Of a stretch of 64,000 bases of DNA, positions 27,115-37,043 are shown one piece after another. The notes under the pieces were generated by a model that was not told the DNA's origin, did no database searches, and was given only the letters and a program-made list of their open reading frames with translations. Both the position numbers and the translations under genes were made by a program. Source of the stretch: Vulcanimicrobiota bacterium (lineage in GTDB: Bacteria; Vulcanimicrobiota; Xenobia; Xenobiales; JADMJV01); assembly GCA_050250895.1 (NCBI GenBank), contig JBFWNU010000009.1, positions 38,388 to 102,387 on the forward strand. The letters run 5' to 3'. Each line of letters begins with the position of its first letter. Position 1 is the first letter of the stretch.

Positions 27115-28057
27115 CCCGCCACGGGTCCTCTTCTACGCTCTGGGCGGTGGCTGCGGTCATCTGTTTCGCAGCCTTGGCCTGCTGCGTGCCATGCGCGCCA
27201 GGGCAGACTTCACGCCTTTGATGATCGTTCCCGAGCGCCTGCGCAATTGGGCCGAGGCCGAGGCTCCGGTGGCGTGTCCTCCTTCTTCGGACCCCGAGCT
27301 GCTCAAGAGCTGGGTAGCCTTACAGGTCAGTCGCTTCGAACCCACTTTGCTGGTGGTGGACGTGTTTCCCCGAGGAGTGCTCAAGGACTTGCCGCCCCCA
27401 CGCGGCGAGGCGCGACTGCTCGTGACCAGGTGCGTGCGGCCAGGATTCTACCTGGTTCCCGAAGTGGCCGAGGCGCTGGACGGCTACGACGATATTCTGT
27501 GGACCGAGCCGCCCCATCCGGCCATCGCCCGAGGGACCCAGCAAGAGCCCATCCTTTTCGTGGACGCACCCCTCGAGCGAGAGCCCGCCCGCGCCGCCCT
27601 TAAAGCCGGGCGCAGGCCGTTGGTGCTGGCCCTGGGCAGTGGACCCGTGCCCCAGCAGCAACGCTTGCGCCAGCGGCTGCTGGCCATCACGCGAGAACTC
27701 GGAGCTGAGCTGCTGTTCTTTTCGCCCCTGCTCGATAGCGGGATGTTTGCCACCGGGCGTTATCTTCGAGGGGCCGACCTGGTCGTCACGGCGGCCGGCT
27801 ATCAGAGCTATTACGAAGTGGTCCAGGCCGGCGTGCCCGCGGTCTTCTTGCCTCAGCGCCGCCAGGTCGACGACCAGGCCCGACGGGCTCGGGGCGAACT
27901 GGGCATCGTCCCCGACGCCCCCTGCGCGGTAGCCTACAACCCTGACGAACTGGCCGAGTCGGTGGCCAGGCTGTTGCCGGCCTCGCCCGGCCAGGGCCGG
28001 CCCCTCCAGGGCGCCGAACAAGCCGCGGCCTACATCCTGGGCCGGGCAACCGTTTAA
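27083..28057 (+). CDS. GT-B glycosyltransferase (GT28/MurG-like)
   Basis: YALGGGCGHL, VVDVFPRG, ADLVVTAAGY, DDQARRA. Confidence 0.8.
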   Translation: MTGRTTTTAVDPPRVLFYALGGGCGHLFRSLGLLRAMRARADFTPLMIVPERLRNWAEAEAPVACPPSSDPELLKSWVALQVSRFEPTLLVVDVFPRGVLKDLPPPRGEARLLVTRCVRPGFYLVPEVAEALDGYDDILWTEPPHPAIARGTQQEPILFVDAPLEREPARAALKAGRRPLVLALGSGPVPQQQRLRQRLLAITRELGAELLFFSPLLDSGMFATGRYLRGADLVVTAAGYQSYYEVVQAGVPAVFLPQRRQVDDQARRARGELGIVPDAPCAVAYNPDELAESVARLLPASPGQGRPLQGAEQAAAYILGRATV

Positions 28058-28091
28058 AGAATCTTTCAGGTCCTCCGGCTAAGCTGATAAT

Positions 28092-28598
28092 ATGTTCGTC
28101 AACGGTTATCAGCAGAACGTGACCCTGCCCCAGTTGCGCCAGAAGGGGGCCGAGGTGAGCGAGCGCCTGGCCGAGGGCAGTGTCCCCTCCGACTCGGTCG
28201 AGATCCTGGGCGACAATCCCGCTCTGGCCGGCCACCATCACCAACGTTGGATGCAGACCCTCGAGCGGCTGGCTCCCCATCCGCAAGCCACTTTTGACGA
28301 GATCCACCAGAGCGCCCGTGCGCGCATCAGCAACACCGGCTTGACCTGCGGCCTGCTGGGCATAGCCTCAGCCGTCGGCGGGCTGGGCCTGGGAGTGGCC
28401 GGACTCTTGCATATGCTGAATGTCGCCCCGAGCGGGGTTGGGCAATTCGCAGCCAACAACCCCCTGGCCGTGACGGGACTGGCGGTGGTCGCTCCCACCT
28501 TGCTGAGCAAACTGGCCAGCCGCCTCACCCAGGACACTCATCAGGCCGACCGGTACATGTTCGATCTCACCAAACAGATTCTGGCTGACCGTAGCTAG
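28092..28598 (+). CDS. Hypothetical membrane protein
   Basis: Two hydrophobic segments; low-complexity N-terminus with DSVEI. Confidence 0.65.
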   Translation: MFVNGYQQNVTLPQLRQKGAEVSERLAEGSVPSDSVEILGDNPALAGHHHQRWMQTLERLAPHPQATFDEIHQSARARISNTGLTCGLLGIASAVGGLGLGVAGLLHMLNVAPSGVGQFAANNPLAVTGLAVVAPTLLSKLASRLTQDTHQADRYMFDLTKQILADRS

Positions 28599-29867
28599 TT
28601 GGACAACTCGTCCGAACTGGAGAGGTTCCTGGCCAGCCAGCAGCGTCAGGGCAACCTCGACTCCCAGGGCACGTTCACCCTCGAGGCCCGCTCGGCCCTG
28701 CGCAAGCTGGCCCGTTTCTCCCTCGCCTTCCCGGGCGCCTGGACGCTCAAGCTGGTGCAGGCGGCGGTGGCCACCCAGGCTGCGCGGATGGACTTCACCC
28801 ACCATTTGTCCGAGACCCGGGTCGAATTTCGACCGCCGCCAGCACTCGAACCAGAGCTTGAAGGCCTCGAGGCCCGCTTCTACCAACCGGCCTGCGAGCC
28901 CGATCATCTGCTCATGGCCTTGTGGTGTGTGGGAGTGGGGGAGGCCCGACCCTTTGCCCTGACCATCGACGGACGCACCCTGCTGTGGGACGGCCAACGT
29001 CTGAGTCGCCGCAAGCCTCGCCAACCCGTCCGCGGCCTGAGACTGACGGTGGCTCACCGAGCCCACGACCAGCCCGGCTTTGCCCCCAGCTTGCTGGCCA
29101 CCCGCAAAGGCGAGCACACCTGCTGCCTCCGGGAGCGAGCCTTCACCGCCCCGCTAGAATTGCGGGTCGACAAGCGCCGCTTCGACAACCTGGCTCACTG
29201 CCCGACCCACGGCTACACTTCGCACAGCCATCCCCTCAGGTTGTGCCTTTCCCAGGCCGAGATGCCGGCTTTGCAGCTCTCGAAGGGCACCTTTGAAGAA
29301 ACCAGTCCCCCCGGAGCCCTGAGCCTGACCCTGCCCGAGTGGCCGGCCGCCGGCCAGACCTCGGTGGCCTGGCTGCTGAGCGCCCACTTCGGCCGCAACG
29401 ATTCTGGCATGCTCGAAACCGATCGCCAGCGCTGCTTGCTCTACTGGATCCGAGAGGGAGTGGTGACCGCCCGCGACGAGCTGCCGCACCCAGCGGATTG
29501 CGTGTCGCTGGCCCTGTTCGTCTCGGCCAGCGGGCTTGCCACCGACCTCTCGGGTTTCGGTTTGCTCGAAAGCCTGGCTAAGGCCGAGCGGGCCCAGGCC
29601 GCTCTGCAAGGCGTGGCTCTCGACCTGCGCCAAACGCCGCAGCTGAGCCTCGAGGCGATGGTGGCTCGAGCCAAACGGGCCGGACTGACCGCACTGGGCC
29701 TGTTTCTGCTGGGAGGCGCCACCCTGGCCGTGCTCAGTCCGTTTCTAGCCTTCTTCATGGGCGGCACCGGCCTGCTCTTCAATCTGGGCCAGGGCTATCA
29801 TGAGTCCAAACTCGAAAGCGAGCTGCAGGCCGCCCAGGAGCGGCTGGCGGAAAGCTGGCCGCGCTAG
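28599..29867 (+). CDS. Hypothetical protein with degenerate GHKL/HSP90-like N-terminus and C-terminal TM pair
   Basis: DSQGTFTL..A.RKLA.F.L..P..W.LKLVQAAV N-terminus shared with 37727-39742. Confidence 0.7.
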   Translation: MDNSSELERFLASQQRQGNLDSQGTFTLEARSALRKLARFSLAFPGAWTLKLVQAAVATQAARMDFTHHLSETRVEFRPPPALEPELEGLEARFYQPACEPDHLLMALWCVGVGEARPFALTIDGRTLLWDGQRLSRRKPRQPVRGLRLTVAHRAHDQPGFAPSLLATRKGEHTCCLRERAFTAPLELRVDKRRFDNLAHCPTHGYTSHSHPLRLCLSQAEMPALQLSKGTFEETSPPGALSLTLPEWPAAGQTSVAWLLSAHFGRNDSGMLETDRQRCLLYWIREGVVTARDELPHPADCVSLALFVSASGLATDLSGFGLLESLAKAERAQAALQGVALDLRQTPQLSLEAMVARAKRAGLTALGLFLLGGATLAVLSPFLAFFMGGTGLLFNLGQGYHESKLESELQAAQERLAESWPR

Positions 29868-30496
29868 CGCAGCAGGCCATCCCATTCGAGAATCTGGCCC
29901 TGCTCGGTGAGGGTGATGAGATCGCCCAGGTCGGGATGGCCCTGGTCGAACCAGTGATGGACGGTTTGCCAGGCCTGGGGATCCAGCGACAACTCTTGCT
30001 GCCAGGTGGTGGGGTCGAAGTCTCCGCCTGGCACTCGCACCGCCGTGTCCTGGTAATTCTGACCGCGGTCGATGGTCACCGTCTCGCCCTGGACGTTGAC
30101 GGCGACATCGTTGACGTAACCGAAGCGGTCGATCTCGAAATGGCCCGGCGAGCGGCGATAGATGACATCCTGATTGGCTCCGTAGCGGTCGACGCTCAAC
30201 TGATTGCCGGTCTGGGTGATGAGCAGGTCCTGGCCGACTCCCTGGCGGTCGATGGCGATCTGGTTGCCAGCCTGGCGATAAACCACATCCTGGCCGTGCG
30301 GCCGGTGAATGGCCACCGTGCCATTACCCACCGTGATCAGGGCGTCGTCAGCGGGGTTGGTCTGATGGGCCACGGCAATCTGGTTGCCTTGCTTGGTGAT
30401 GCGGACATTCTGGCCAGGGTTGCCCCGGGCAATCTCGACCTGGTAGTCGGGGCCAGTCAGGGGCAAAGAGCGGGGAACAAACGAGCGGACATTCAT
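29864..30496 (-). CDS. Beta-repeat protein (~20-aa repeats)
   Basis: Repeats such as NQIAIDRQGVGQDLLITQTG / NQLSVDRYGANQDVIYRRSP. Confidence 0.75.
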   Translation of the reverse strand: MNVRSFVPRSLPLTGPDYQVEIARGNPGQNVRITKQGNQIAVAHQTNPADDALITVGNGTVAIHRPHGQDVVYRQAGNQIAIDRQGVGQDLLITQTGNQLSVDRYGANQDVIYRRSPGHFEIDRFGYVNDVAVNVQGETVTIDRGQNYQDTAVRVPGGDFDPTTWQQELSLDPQAWQTVHHWFDQGHPDLGDLITLTEQGQILEWDGLLR

Positions 30497-30553
30497 GCAA
30501 TTACTCCAGTCCCGCGTGCCAGCCCAGTTTAGGACCGTGCCGAGTCGGAGTGG

Positions 30554-31648
30554 TTAACGGGATGTGAACTGGCGTTCGAGGGCCGCATGCAACCGGTGAT
30601 TCTCGGTGAGCACCATGTCGCAGGTGGCGCAGGCCTTGGGATGCTGCAAGGCGAGAAAGTCGCGACGCACCTGCTGCATGGCCGGGCCGTTGAAAATGTC
30701 GGCCACCGGGGTGGTGCCCACGTTGCCCAGCGACTCCATCCGGCCGTTGGTCATGCAGCAGAGATAGGTCTCGCCGTCCCAGGCAAAAAACAGATGCATC
30801 CAGGGAGACAGGCACGGCTTCTTCTGATAGAAGCCCAGCGAATAGTGGCCTTCGCGGGCCTGTTTGAGTTCTGAGCGCGAGCGACCGAAAGGATAGACCA
30901 GACCGGGATCGGTGGAAAAACCGCAGCGCCGCCGGGCCTCGAGCACCTCGGGAGCCACCTCGGCGTTGTAGCGTTCCATCTGGTGGCGCGAGAGGCGATT
31001 CACGGGCTCGCCCTTCTCGTCGACCGGCATCGGATGCAGTTCGATGGCTCCCAACGCATGGGCGAGTTCGACCATCTCGGCGGTGCGCCGATAGTTGGCT
31101 CGCATCACCACGAAATTGATGCGGATCTTGGGAGTGCGACCGTAGCGCTGACCATAGTCGCCCAACTTGCGGATGGTGCGGCAGGTGCGGCGAAAGCTGC
31201 CGGGAAGACCGCGAATCTTGTCATGGACCCCGGCGCTGGGCCCGTCGAGACTCAGCGAGATACTGTTGGGCCGGGCTCTGATCAAGCGCCGAGCCCGGTC
31301 CCGGTTGAGCAAGGTGCCGTTGGTGGTCATGTTGATCTTGAGGCCGAGCTCGCTGCCTCGTTCGACCATATCGAGAAAGTCGTTGCGCAAGAAGACCTCG
31401 CCCCCGGAAAAATGGATCTTGCGACAGCCCATCTCGGCCAGTTGCTCGATCACCGATAGCCACTGCTCGGTGGACAGCGCCGTCTCGGTGCGGGTCTTCC
31501 AGTACTTGCACATCTGGCAGCGCAGGTTGCACTTCGAGGTCAATTTGATCTTGACCGAGGTCAGCAACCGTGAGTGCAAGCTCTCGAGCGAACCTGCCAA
31601 CTCTTCGACCAGCGCTGGCTGCTCGATCATGCCGCTAATGTCGTACAT
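30554..31648 (-). CDS. Radical SAM / SPASM-twitch domain protein
   Basis: CNLRCQMC, SGGE, TTNGTL, SLDG; C-terminal C..PW...G..YLCC...GNV...CATC. Confidence 0.93.
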   Translation of the reverse strand: MYDISGMIEQPALVEELAGSLESLHSRLLTSVKIKLTSKCNLRCQMCKYWKTRTETALSTEQWLSVIEQLAEMGCRKIHFSGGEVFLRNDFLDMVERGSELGLKINMTTNGTLLNRDRARRLIRARPNSISLSLDGPSAGVHDKIRGLPGSFRRTCRTIRKLGDYGQRYGRTPKIRINFVVMRANYRRTAEMVELAHALGAIELHPMPVDEKGEPVNRLSRHQMERYNAEVAPEVLEARRRCGFSTDPGLVYPFGRSRSELKQAREGHYSLGFYQKKPCLSPWMHLFFAWDGETYLCCMTNGRMESLGNVGTTPVADIFNGPAMQQVRRDFLALQHPKACATCDMVLTENHRLHAALERQFTSR

Positions 31649-31698
31649 CCAGCCTGGCTTCGCGAGGAGCCCGGGACGAACCTTTGGAAGAGGTGGCC

Positions 31699-32859
31699 AT
31701 GGACATGCTTTATGCGGCTTTTGACCCGGTGCCGTTTCCCAAGGGCTCGGCGGTGCGCATCGAGGCCACCGTGCGGGCCCTGGCCGCGGCCGGGTTGAAG
31801 GTGGACTTGCTCACGGTCGAACCTTCCCACCGGCCGGAAGGCTTTGCGGAACGAATCGAGTGCGAGGGGGTCGAACATCGGCCCGTGCCCATCGTGGGCG
31901 AGCACTTCTTGGACCGAGCCCTGGCCTTTCGCGAGGCCACCCGCACCAGGCTACGCGAGCGCGATTACCAGGTGGTCATGTTCCGCTCGCCCTGGGAGGG
32001 GCTGGCGGCTGTGGAAAAGGGCCTGCCCTGCGTCTATGAGGCCCACGGCTTCCCCTCGGTCGAACTGCCCTATCACTACCCCGGCGTACTGAGCCGTCCT
32101 CAGCTGCTCGATCGCCTGGCTGCTCAAGAGGTGGCTTGTCTGCGCCGCTCCCAGCTGTTCGTCACCCCTTCGGCCACCGGCCGGACCTATCTGATCAGCC
32201 GGGGCGCACCACCGAGGCAGATCGAGGTCATTCCTAATTCGATTCTGCCCGAGAACTTTCCCGAGCCCCCCGCGCCCCCGCCCGGCCCTCCCTGGCGACT
32301 GGCCTATCTGGGCACCCTCGCGCCCTGGCAGGGCTTGACCACGCTACTCGAGGCCCTGGCCCGCCTCAAAGGCCGACTGCCGGTCCAGCTGGTGCTGGCC
32401 GGCACCCGCAAAGGCCGCTGGATCCGCCAGGCCCGGGCCACCGCCCAGCGCCTGCGGGTGCGCTCGATGTTGGACTTTGCCGGTCCCCTGAGCCGCTCCA
32501 ACGTGCTCGAGCTGCTCTGGAGTTGCCACTTCTGTCTGGCTCCCCTACCCGACGACCCGCGCAATTCACTGCAGGGCTGCTGTCCGATCAAACTACTAGA
32601 ATACATGGCCTGCGGTCGCCCCCTGCTTTCGACCCAGTTACGCCCGGTGCGCGAACTGGTCACCCACGCCGAGACGGGATGGCTGGTGCGTCCCAATTCT
32701 TGCCAGGCCCTGGCCGAGGGCATCCAGCAACTGGCGGCCGACCCGAGCCTGGCCCTCGAGCTAGCCCAAAAGGCCCGCCTCGAGGTGCTGGATCGTTTTC
32801 CGCGGCAACGCTTCATAGCACAGATCGCCCACCTGGTCTCCCGCCTCCAAACAGGGTGA
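31699..32859 (+). CDS. Glycosyltransferase family 4
   Basis: PIKLLEYMACGRP, GTLAPWQG; GAGG RBS before ATG 31699. Confidence 0.9.
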   Translation: MDMLYAAFDPVPFPKGSAVRIEATVRALAAAGLKVDLLTVEPSHRPEGFAERIECEGVEHRPVPIVGEHFLDRALAFREATRTRLRERDYQVVMFRSPWEGLAAVEKGLPCVYEAHGFPSVELPYHYPGVLSRPQLLDRLAAQEVACLRRSQLFVTPSATGRTYLISRGAPPRQIEVIPNSILPENFPEPPAPPPGPPWRLAYLGTLAPWQGLTTLLEALARLKGRLPVQLVLAGTRKGRWIRQARATAQRLRVRSMLDFAGPLSRSNVLELLWSCHFCLAPLPDDPRNSLQGCCPIKLLEYMACGRPLLSTQLRPVRELVTHAETGWLVRPNSCQALAEGIQQLAADPSLALELAQKARLEVLDRFPRQRFIAQIAHLVSRLQTG

Positions 32860-32904
32860 AACCCCTTATACCGTCTAGGTTCGGCTCGCCGATAACGGGG
32901 AGGG

Positions 32905-35037
32905 ATGAGTTATCAGAACCGAAACCAGACCACGGCCAACTACGAAATCGCCACCCGCGGGCGACCCAGTTGCTTCGTCTATTTCGGCTTTGCCATCATG
33001 CTCACGGCCCTCAATCCCAGCCTGTTGGACCCTTGGTGGGTGGCAGGCTTCTTCGACCTGCTGCTGCTGGGGCTGGGGGCGCTACGACTGGCCAATATCC
33101 GGGCCATCATCGCCAAAGAGGGGCAAGTCGAGCCGTCGGTGCGCACCACCTTCTCGGTGCTCTGCCTGGCCAACGCCTTCACCTGGGGCCTGTTCGCCGC
33201 CTGGAGCGTGCCCCATTGTAAAGAGTGGCAGTTGCTGATGACCCTGGTGCTCAACGCTGCCATCTCGGCCGGGGCTCTTTCTTCTCTGGCTCCGGATGGG
33301 CCGCTGTTCACCCGCTTCGGTCTGCTGCTCAACACACCCACCCTGATCGCGCTTTTGCTTTCCACTCACGAGGGCACTTCGGCCCACGCCGGAATGGTCT
33401 TCGGCTTGCTCTCGTTCCTGCTCTGGTACGGCCATATCCAGAGCGTCAACTACCGGGCCCAACTCGAACGCGACACCCTGCAACTCGAGGAACTGGCCAG
33501 TGCTCGCGAGCGCCTCGAGATGGTCATGGAAGCCTCGGACCTGGGCATCTTCGACTGGTATCCCGACGAAGGCCGAGCCCACATCGACGGTATCTGGTCG
33601 TGGCTGGGTTATAACCCTGAGGGACGCAGCCTCGACCAGATGCTGAGCCTGGCGCATCCCGCCGACCTGCTGGCTGCCCGCGAGCTAGTGGTGACCCACC
33701 TGAAGAACGAACAAGGCCCGGGCGAGATCGACATCCGGATCACCGCCGCCAGCGGCCGCGAAACGGTCCTTCGCTTTCGGGGTCGGGTGGTCCGGCGCGA
33801 ACTCGACGGGCGGGCTGTGCGCCTGGCCGGAACCTATCAAGACATTACCCGCCAGACCCAGGCCCGGAAGGCCGTCGAGGAATGGGAAGCGCGGGTCCAA
33901 CAGGCCGAAAAGCTCAACACCCTGGGCATGCTCGCGGGAGGCGTCGCCCACGACTTCAACAACCTGCTGGCCGCCTTTGTGGGCAACCTCGAGTTGGCCG
34001 AACTCGACCTGCCCGCCGACTGCCAGGCCCGAGCCAACCTCATCGAAGCCAAACAATCGGCTCTCGAAGCCAGTCAACTGTGTGATCAAATGCTGATGTA
34101 TGCCGGAAAAAACACCATCAACCCTGAAGAGTTCTGCCTCAACGACCTGATCGTCCGAATGGGACAGCTGTTGCGAGTGTCTCTGTCTAAAGGGGTCACG
34201 CTTGAACTCGACCTCCAACCCGAATTACCAGGCCTCAGTGGCGACCCCACCCAGATCCGCCAGGTCGTTCTCAACCTGATCACCAACGCCTCGGAAGCGA
34301 TGGCCGAAGGCGGTGGCGAGATTCAGGTGTTGACCCGCCAACTCGATGCCGCGGGCGCCTCGAGGGTATTAGGTCATCCCAGGGTGGGCCCTCACCTCTG
34401 CCTGATCGTGAAAGATTCGGGCTGCGGCATGGCGCCCGAGACCATCGCTCGCATCTTCGATCCCTTCTTCACCACCAAGTTCACCGGTCGCGGACTGGGC
34501 CTGGCGGCCGTGCTGGGGATCATCAAAGCCCACGGGGGCGAGGTCCTGGTCGAAAGCAGTCCAGGGCGGGGGACCACCTTCCAGGTGGTCTTACCCGCCT
34601 CGGCTCAGGCTCCCCAGCCGGCAACAACGCTCCAGGACCAGAGTCAGGAGGCGGGCTCGCGGTTGGTCCTGGTGGTCGACGACGAGGCACCCATCCGGCG
34701 CATCTGTCGGCGCCTGCTCCAAAAGTCGGGCCACCAGGTCCTCGAGGCCAGCGACGGCGTGGAAGCCCTCCAGCGGCTGGCCGAGGAGCCGGCCATTGAA
34801 CTGGTGGTGCTCGACCTGACCATGCCTCGTAAAGACGGCGTTCAGACCCTGCTGGAACTGCGCCAAAGCTGGCCTCATCTGCCGGTCATCCTGGCGAGCG
34901 GCTACAGCGAGCAATCGCTCGAGACCGATGTGAGCCGCCTGGCTCAGGGATTTCTCAAAAAGCCTTTCTCGCTCGACGACCTGCTGTTTCAGCTTGAAAA
35001 AGCCCTCGAGGCCAGCCGCTGCAAGCAACCCGCATAA
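32905..35037 (+). CDS. Membrane hybrid sensor kinase (TM-PAS-HisKA-HATPase-REC)
   Basis: AHDFNNLL, NLITNA, DSGCG, PFFTTK, GLGL; REC VVDDE, LDLTMP, KKPF. Confidence 0.96.
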   Translation: MSYQNRNQTTANYEIATRGRPSCFVYFGFAIMLTALNPSLLDPWWVAGFFDLLLLGLGALRLANIRAIIAKEGQVEPSVRTTFSVLCLANAFTWGLFAAWSVPHCKEWQLLMTLVLNAAISAGALSSLAPDGPLFTRFGLLLNTPTLIALLLSTHEGTSAHAGMVFGLLSFLLWYGHIQSVNYRAQLERDTLQLEELASARERLEMVMEASDLGIFDWYPDEGRAHIDGIWSWLGYNPEGRSLDQMLSLAHPADLLAARELVVTHLKNEQGPGEIDIRITAASGRETVLRFRGRVVRRELDGRAVRLAGTYQDITRQTQARKAVEEWEARVQQAEKLNTLGMLAGGVAHDFNNLLAAFVGNLELAELDLPADCQARANLIEAKQSALEASQLCDQMLMYAGKNTINPEEFCLNDLIVRMGQLLRVSLSKGVTLELDLQPELPGLSGDPTQIRQVVLNLITNASEAMAEGGGEIQVLTRQLDAAGASRVLGHPRVGPHLCLIVKDSGCGMAPETIARIFDPFFTTKFTGRGLGLAAVLGIIKAHGGEVLVESSPGRGTTFQVVLPASAQAPQPATTLQDQSQEAGSRLVLVVDDEAPIRRICRRLLQKSGHQVLEASDGVEALQRLAEEPAIELVVLDLTMPRKDGVQTLLELRQSWPHLPVILASGYSEQSLETDVSRLAQGFLKKPFSLDDLLFQLEKALEASRCKQPA

Positions 35038-36107
35038 GCCTCGAGCTCTTGCTCGGGTCGGTGGTGGTCGAGCACGGTCTGGCGAGCCCGCCGGCCCATG
35101 GCTTCGGCTTCGCCATCCTCGAGGGCGGCTTGAATCCGTTGCCCCAGCGTATCGAGACGGTCCACCGGCACCAGCCATCCGTTGACGCCGTCCTCAAGCA
35201 ACTCGGGCACGCCCCCGACCGCGGTGGCCAGCACCGGGCGTGCGCAGGCCATGGCCTCCAGGACCGAGTTGGGCATCCCCTCCCACAGGGCGGGATTCAC
35301 CACCAGCCGCGAGTTGCAATACAGTTGGCGCAACTGGCCCTCGTCGCGCACATAACGACGCACATCGAGGCGGCGGGCAAAGTCGGGTCTAGAGGTCAAA
35401 AACTGGTCGAGTCGTTGGCGCGAACGTTCACGAAAGCCCCCGGCCAGCACCAGACGCCATTCGCCCTTCACCTGCTCGAGGGCGGGCAAGAGCAGGTCCA
35501 GTCCCTTCTTGAAGCGCATCTCCCCGCAAAACAAGATCTGGGCCGGGCCGCCGGCCTCGAACGGCTCGGGAAAAAATACCTCGGCGTCCACCGAGTTGGC
35601 AATCTGCTCGACATCGTCGCGACCCGAGATGACCCTGGCTTTGTGTTGCAGCTCGCGACTGACGGCCACCACTCGGGTGGCCCGGGCCAGGGTCCACTGC
35701 AACAGCGCCGAACGACCAGGGTGATAGAAGGCCCGATCGACATCGTTGCCTCGCAAACTAACCAGTGAAGGCAGGCCGAAAAACTCGGCCGTGGCCACCG
35801 CCACCGCCCCCACCGGCACGGCATAGAATCCGACGATGGCAGTATAGTCTCGATGAAGATGCAGGCTACGGGCCAACTGCTCCATCAACTGCAAGCTCTC
35901 GGTCGAATCCTCAGCCTCACCCAGCTTGAACACCCTGAGCCGGTCGTCGCCGCTCTGTTCGACCGTGGCCGCCGGCAGGTCGCGGCTGAGATGGACCACA
36001 TCGACGCCCTCGCACCGGCCGGCCAGACCGCTGGCGATGCGCTTGGCCGAAACGGCCACGCCGCCCCGAGCGGGAGCGAACTTCTGGGTCAGAAAGAGAA
36101 CTCTCAA
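34989..36107 (-). CDS. Glycosyltransferase family 4
   Basis: EGMPNSVLEAMACARPVLAT.VGG motif. Confidence 0.92.
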   Translation of the reverse strand: MRVLFLTQKFAPARGGVAVSAKRIASGLAGRCEGVDVVHLSRDLPAATVEQSGDDRLRVFKLGEAEDSTESLQLMEQLARSLHLHRDYTAIVGFYAVPVGAVAVATAEFFGLPSLVSLRGNDVDRAFYHPGRSALLQWTLARATRVVAVSRELQHKARVISGRDDVEQIANSVDAEVFFPEPFEAGGPAQILFCGEMRFKKGLDLLLPALEQVKGEWRLVLAGGFRERSRQRLDQFLTSRPDFARRLDVRRYVRDEGQLRQLYCNSRLVVNPALWEGMPNSVLEAMACARPVLATAVGGVPELLEDGVNGWLVPVDRLDTLGQRIQAALEDGEAEAMGRRARQTVLDHHRPEQELEAYAGCLQRLASRAFSS

Positions 36108-36952
36108 GGCTTCAGCGCCTGGGCCTTCTCCTGACGAAGACCGCGAAACAGCCAGACCAACCCTTCCAGCAACGGTTCGCCGTTCACCTGGTCGGAATAC
36201 GACACCGGCTGACTGAGGGTGGCTTTCACGATCTGTCCCTCGATGGCCACGCGGGCCACCTGTCCGCTGGGGGGGCTCTGGTTTTGCAGGCGCTGTTGCA
36301 ACTGAGGCAGGTTGCCGTAGCGCTGCGGCGGCACCTGAGCCGTGATGGCCACCAGATCGCGGTGAGATTTTTGGGTGCGGTATTTCGTCTTGCCGGGCTT
36401 GCTCTTGGTGATGTTTCGCACCCGCGACCGGCGCAGCAGCGAGGCGGCCAGACGCGTGCCGTCACACAGACGCGCTTTGATGGTCACCACCGGCTGTCTA
36501 TAGTGGCTGGTGCGGATCTTCTTGGAAGCCATAAATCCCGCGCTTTTCTTCTGCACCGGGTCGGTGCGCAGATGGAATTGGCGATGGTCCTGAGCGCGAA
36601 AGTCAATCTCGTAGGTGAAGCTGGTCTTAGGGTCGACATCTTGCATCAGACACTGGTGGATGCGACGCACCGCCTCTTGACGAGAGTTCTCATAGTCGAA
36701 GCGGTTCCAGTGGGTCCAAAAGACGATCGAGCCGATGGTGATGGCCGCGCCAATCCCGACACTGATGGCCAGGGCCGTATCCGAAGCCGCGACCCCTCCC
36801 GCCATCGGCACAGCCACGGCCACCAATAGACCGATCACGATACCCACGCAACCCATACTCTTCTTGCCCTCGGCCTCCTGGTCGAGAGTTCGAATGCGGT
36901 CGAGCTCTTGCATCACTTGGGGGCCGGTGCCCTCAATCCGAAGAACGCTCAT
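36104..36952 (-). CDS. Hypothetical membrane protein
   Basis: Two N-terminal TM helices, basic C-terminal domain; stop overlaps the GT4 start. Confidence 0.75.
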   Translation of the reverse strand: MSVLRIEGTGPQVMQELDRIRTLDQEAEGKKSMGCVGIVIGLLVAVAVPMAGGVAASDTALAISVGIGAAITIGSIVFWTHWNRFDYENSRQEAVRRIHQCLMQDVDPKTSFTYEIDFRAQDHRQFHLRTDPVQKKSAGFMASKKIRTSHYRQPVVTIKARLCDGTRLAASLLRRSRVRNITKSKPGKTKYRTQKSHRDLVAITAQVPPQRYGNLPQLQQRLQNQSPPSGQVARVAIEGQIVKATLSQPVSYSDQVNGEPLLEGLVWLFRGLRQEKAQALKP

Positions 36953-36998
36953 GCCCCCGGCTTCGACATCGAGGCGAGAATTCCGGGTGGCATGACAA

Positions 36999-37022
36999 AG
37001 GCCGGGTCGTAGGACCCGGCCT
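36999..37022 (-). terminator. Rho-independent terminator-like hairpin downstream of the YceI gene
   Basis: Perfect 10-bp stem AGGCCGGGTC-GTAG-GACCCGGCCT with a short T-run on the minus strand. Confidence 0.6.
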
Positions 37023-37043
37023 GTGGCAGCCCGCTGGCCGAAA

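Noticed and set aside
32888-32895. Sigma-28 promoter (GCCGATAA) before the hybrid kinase
   Set aside because: The -10 is perfect, but there is no TAAA at the correct spacing and it lies only 9 bp from the ATG.
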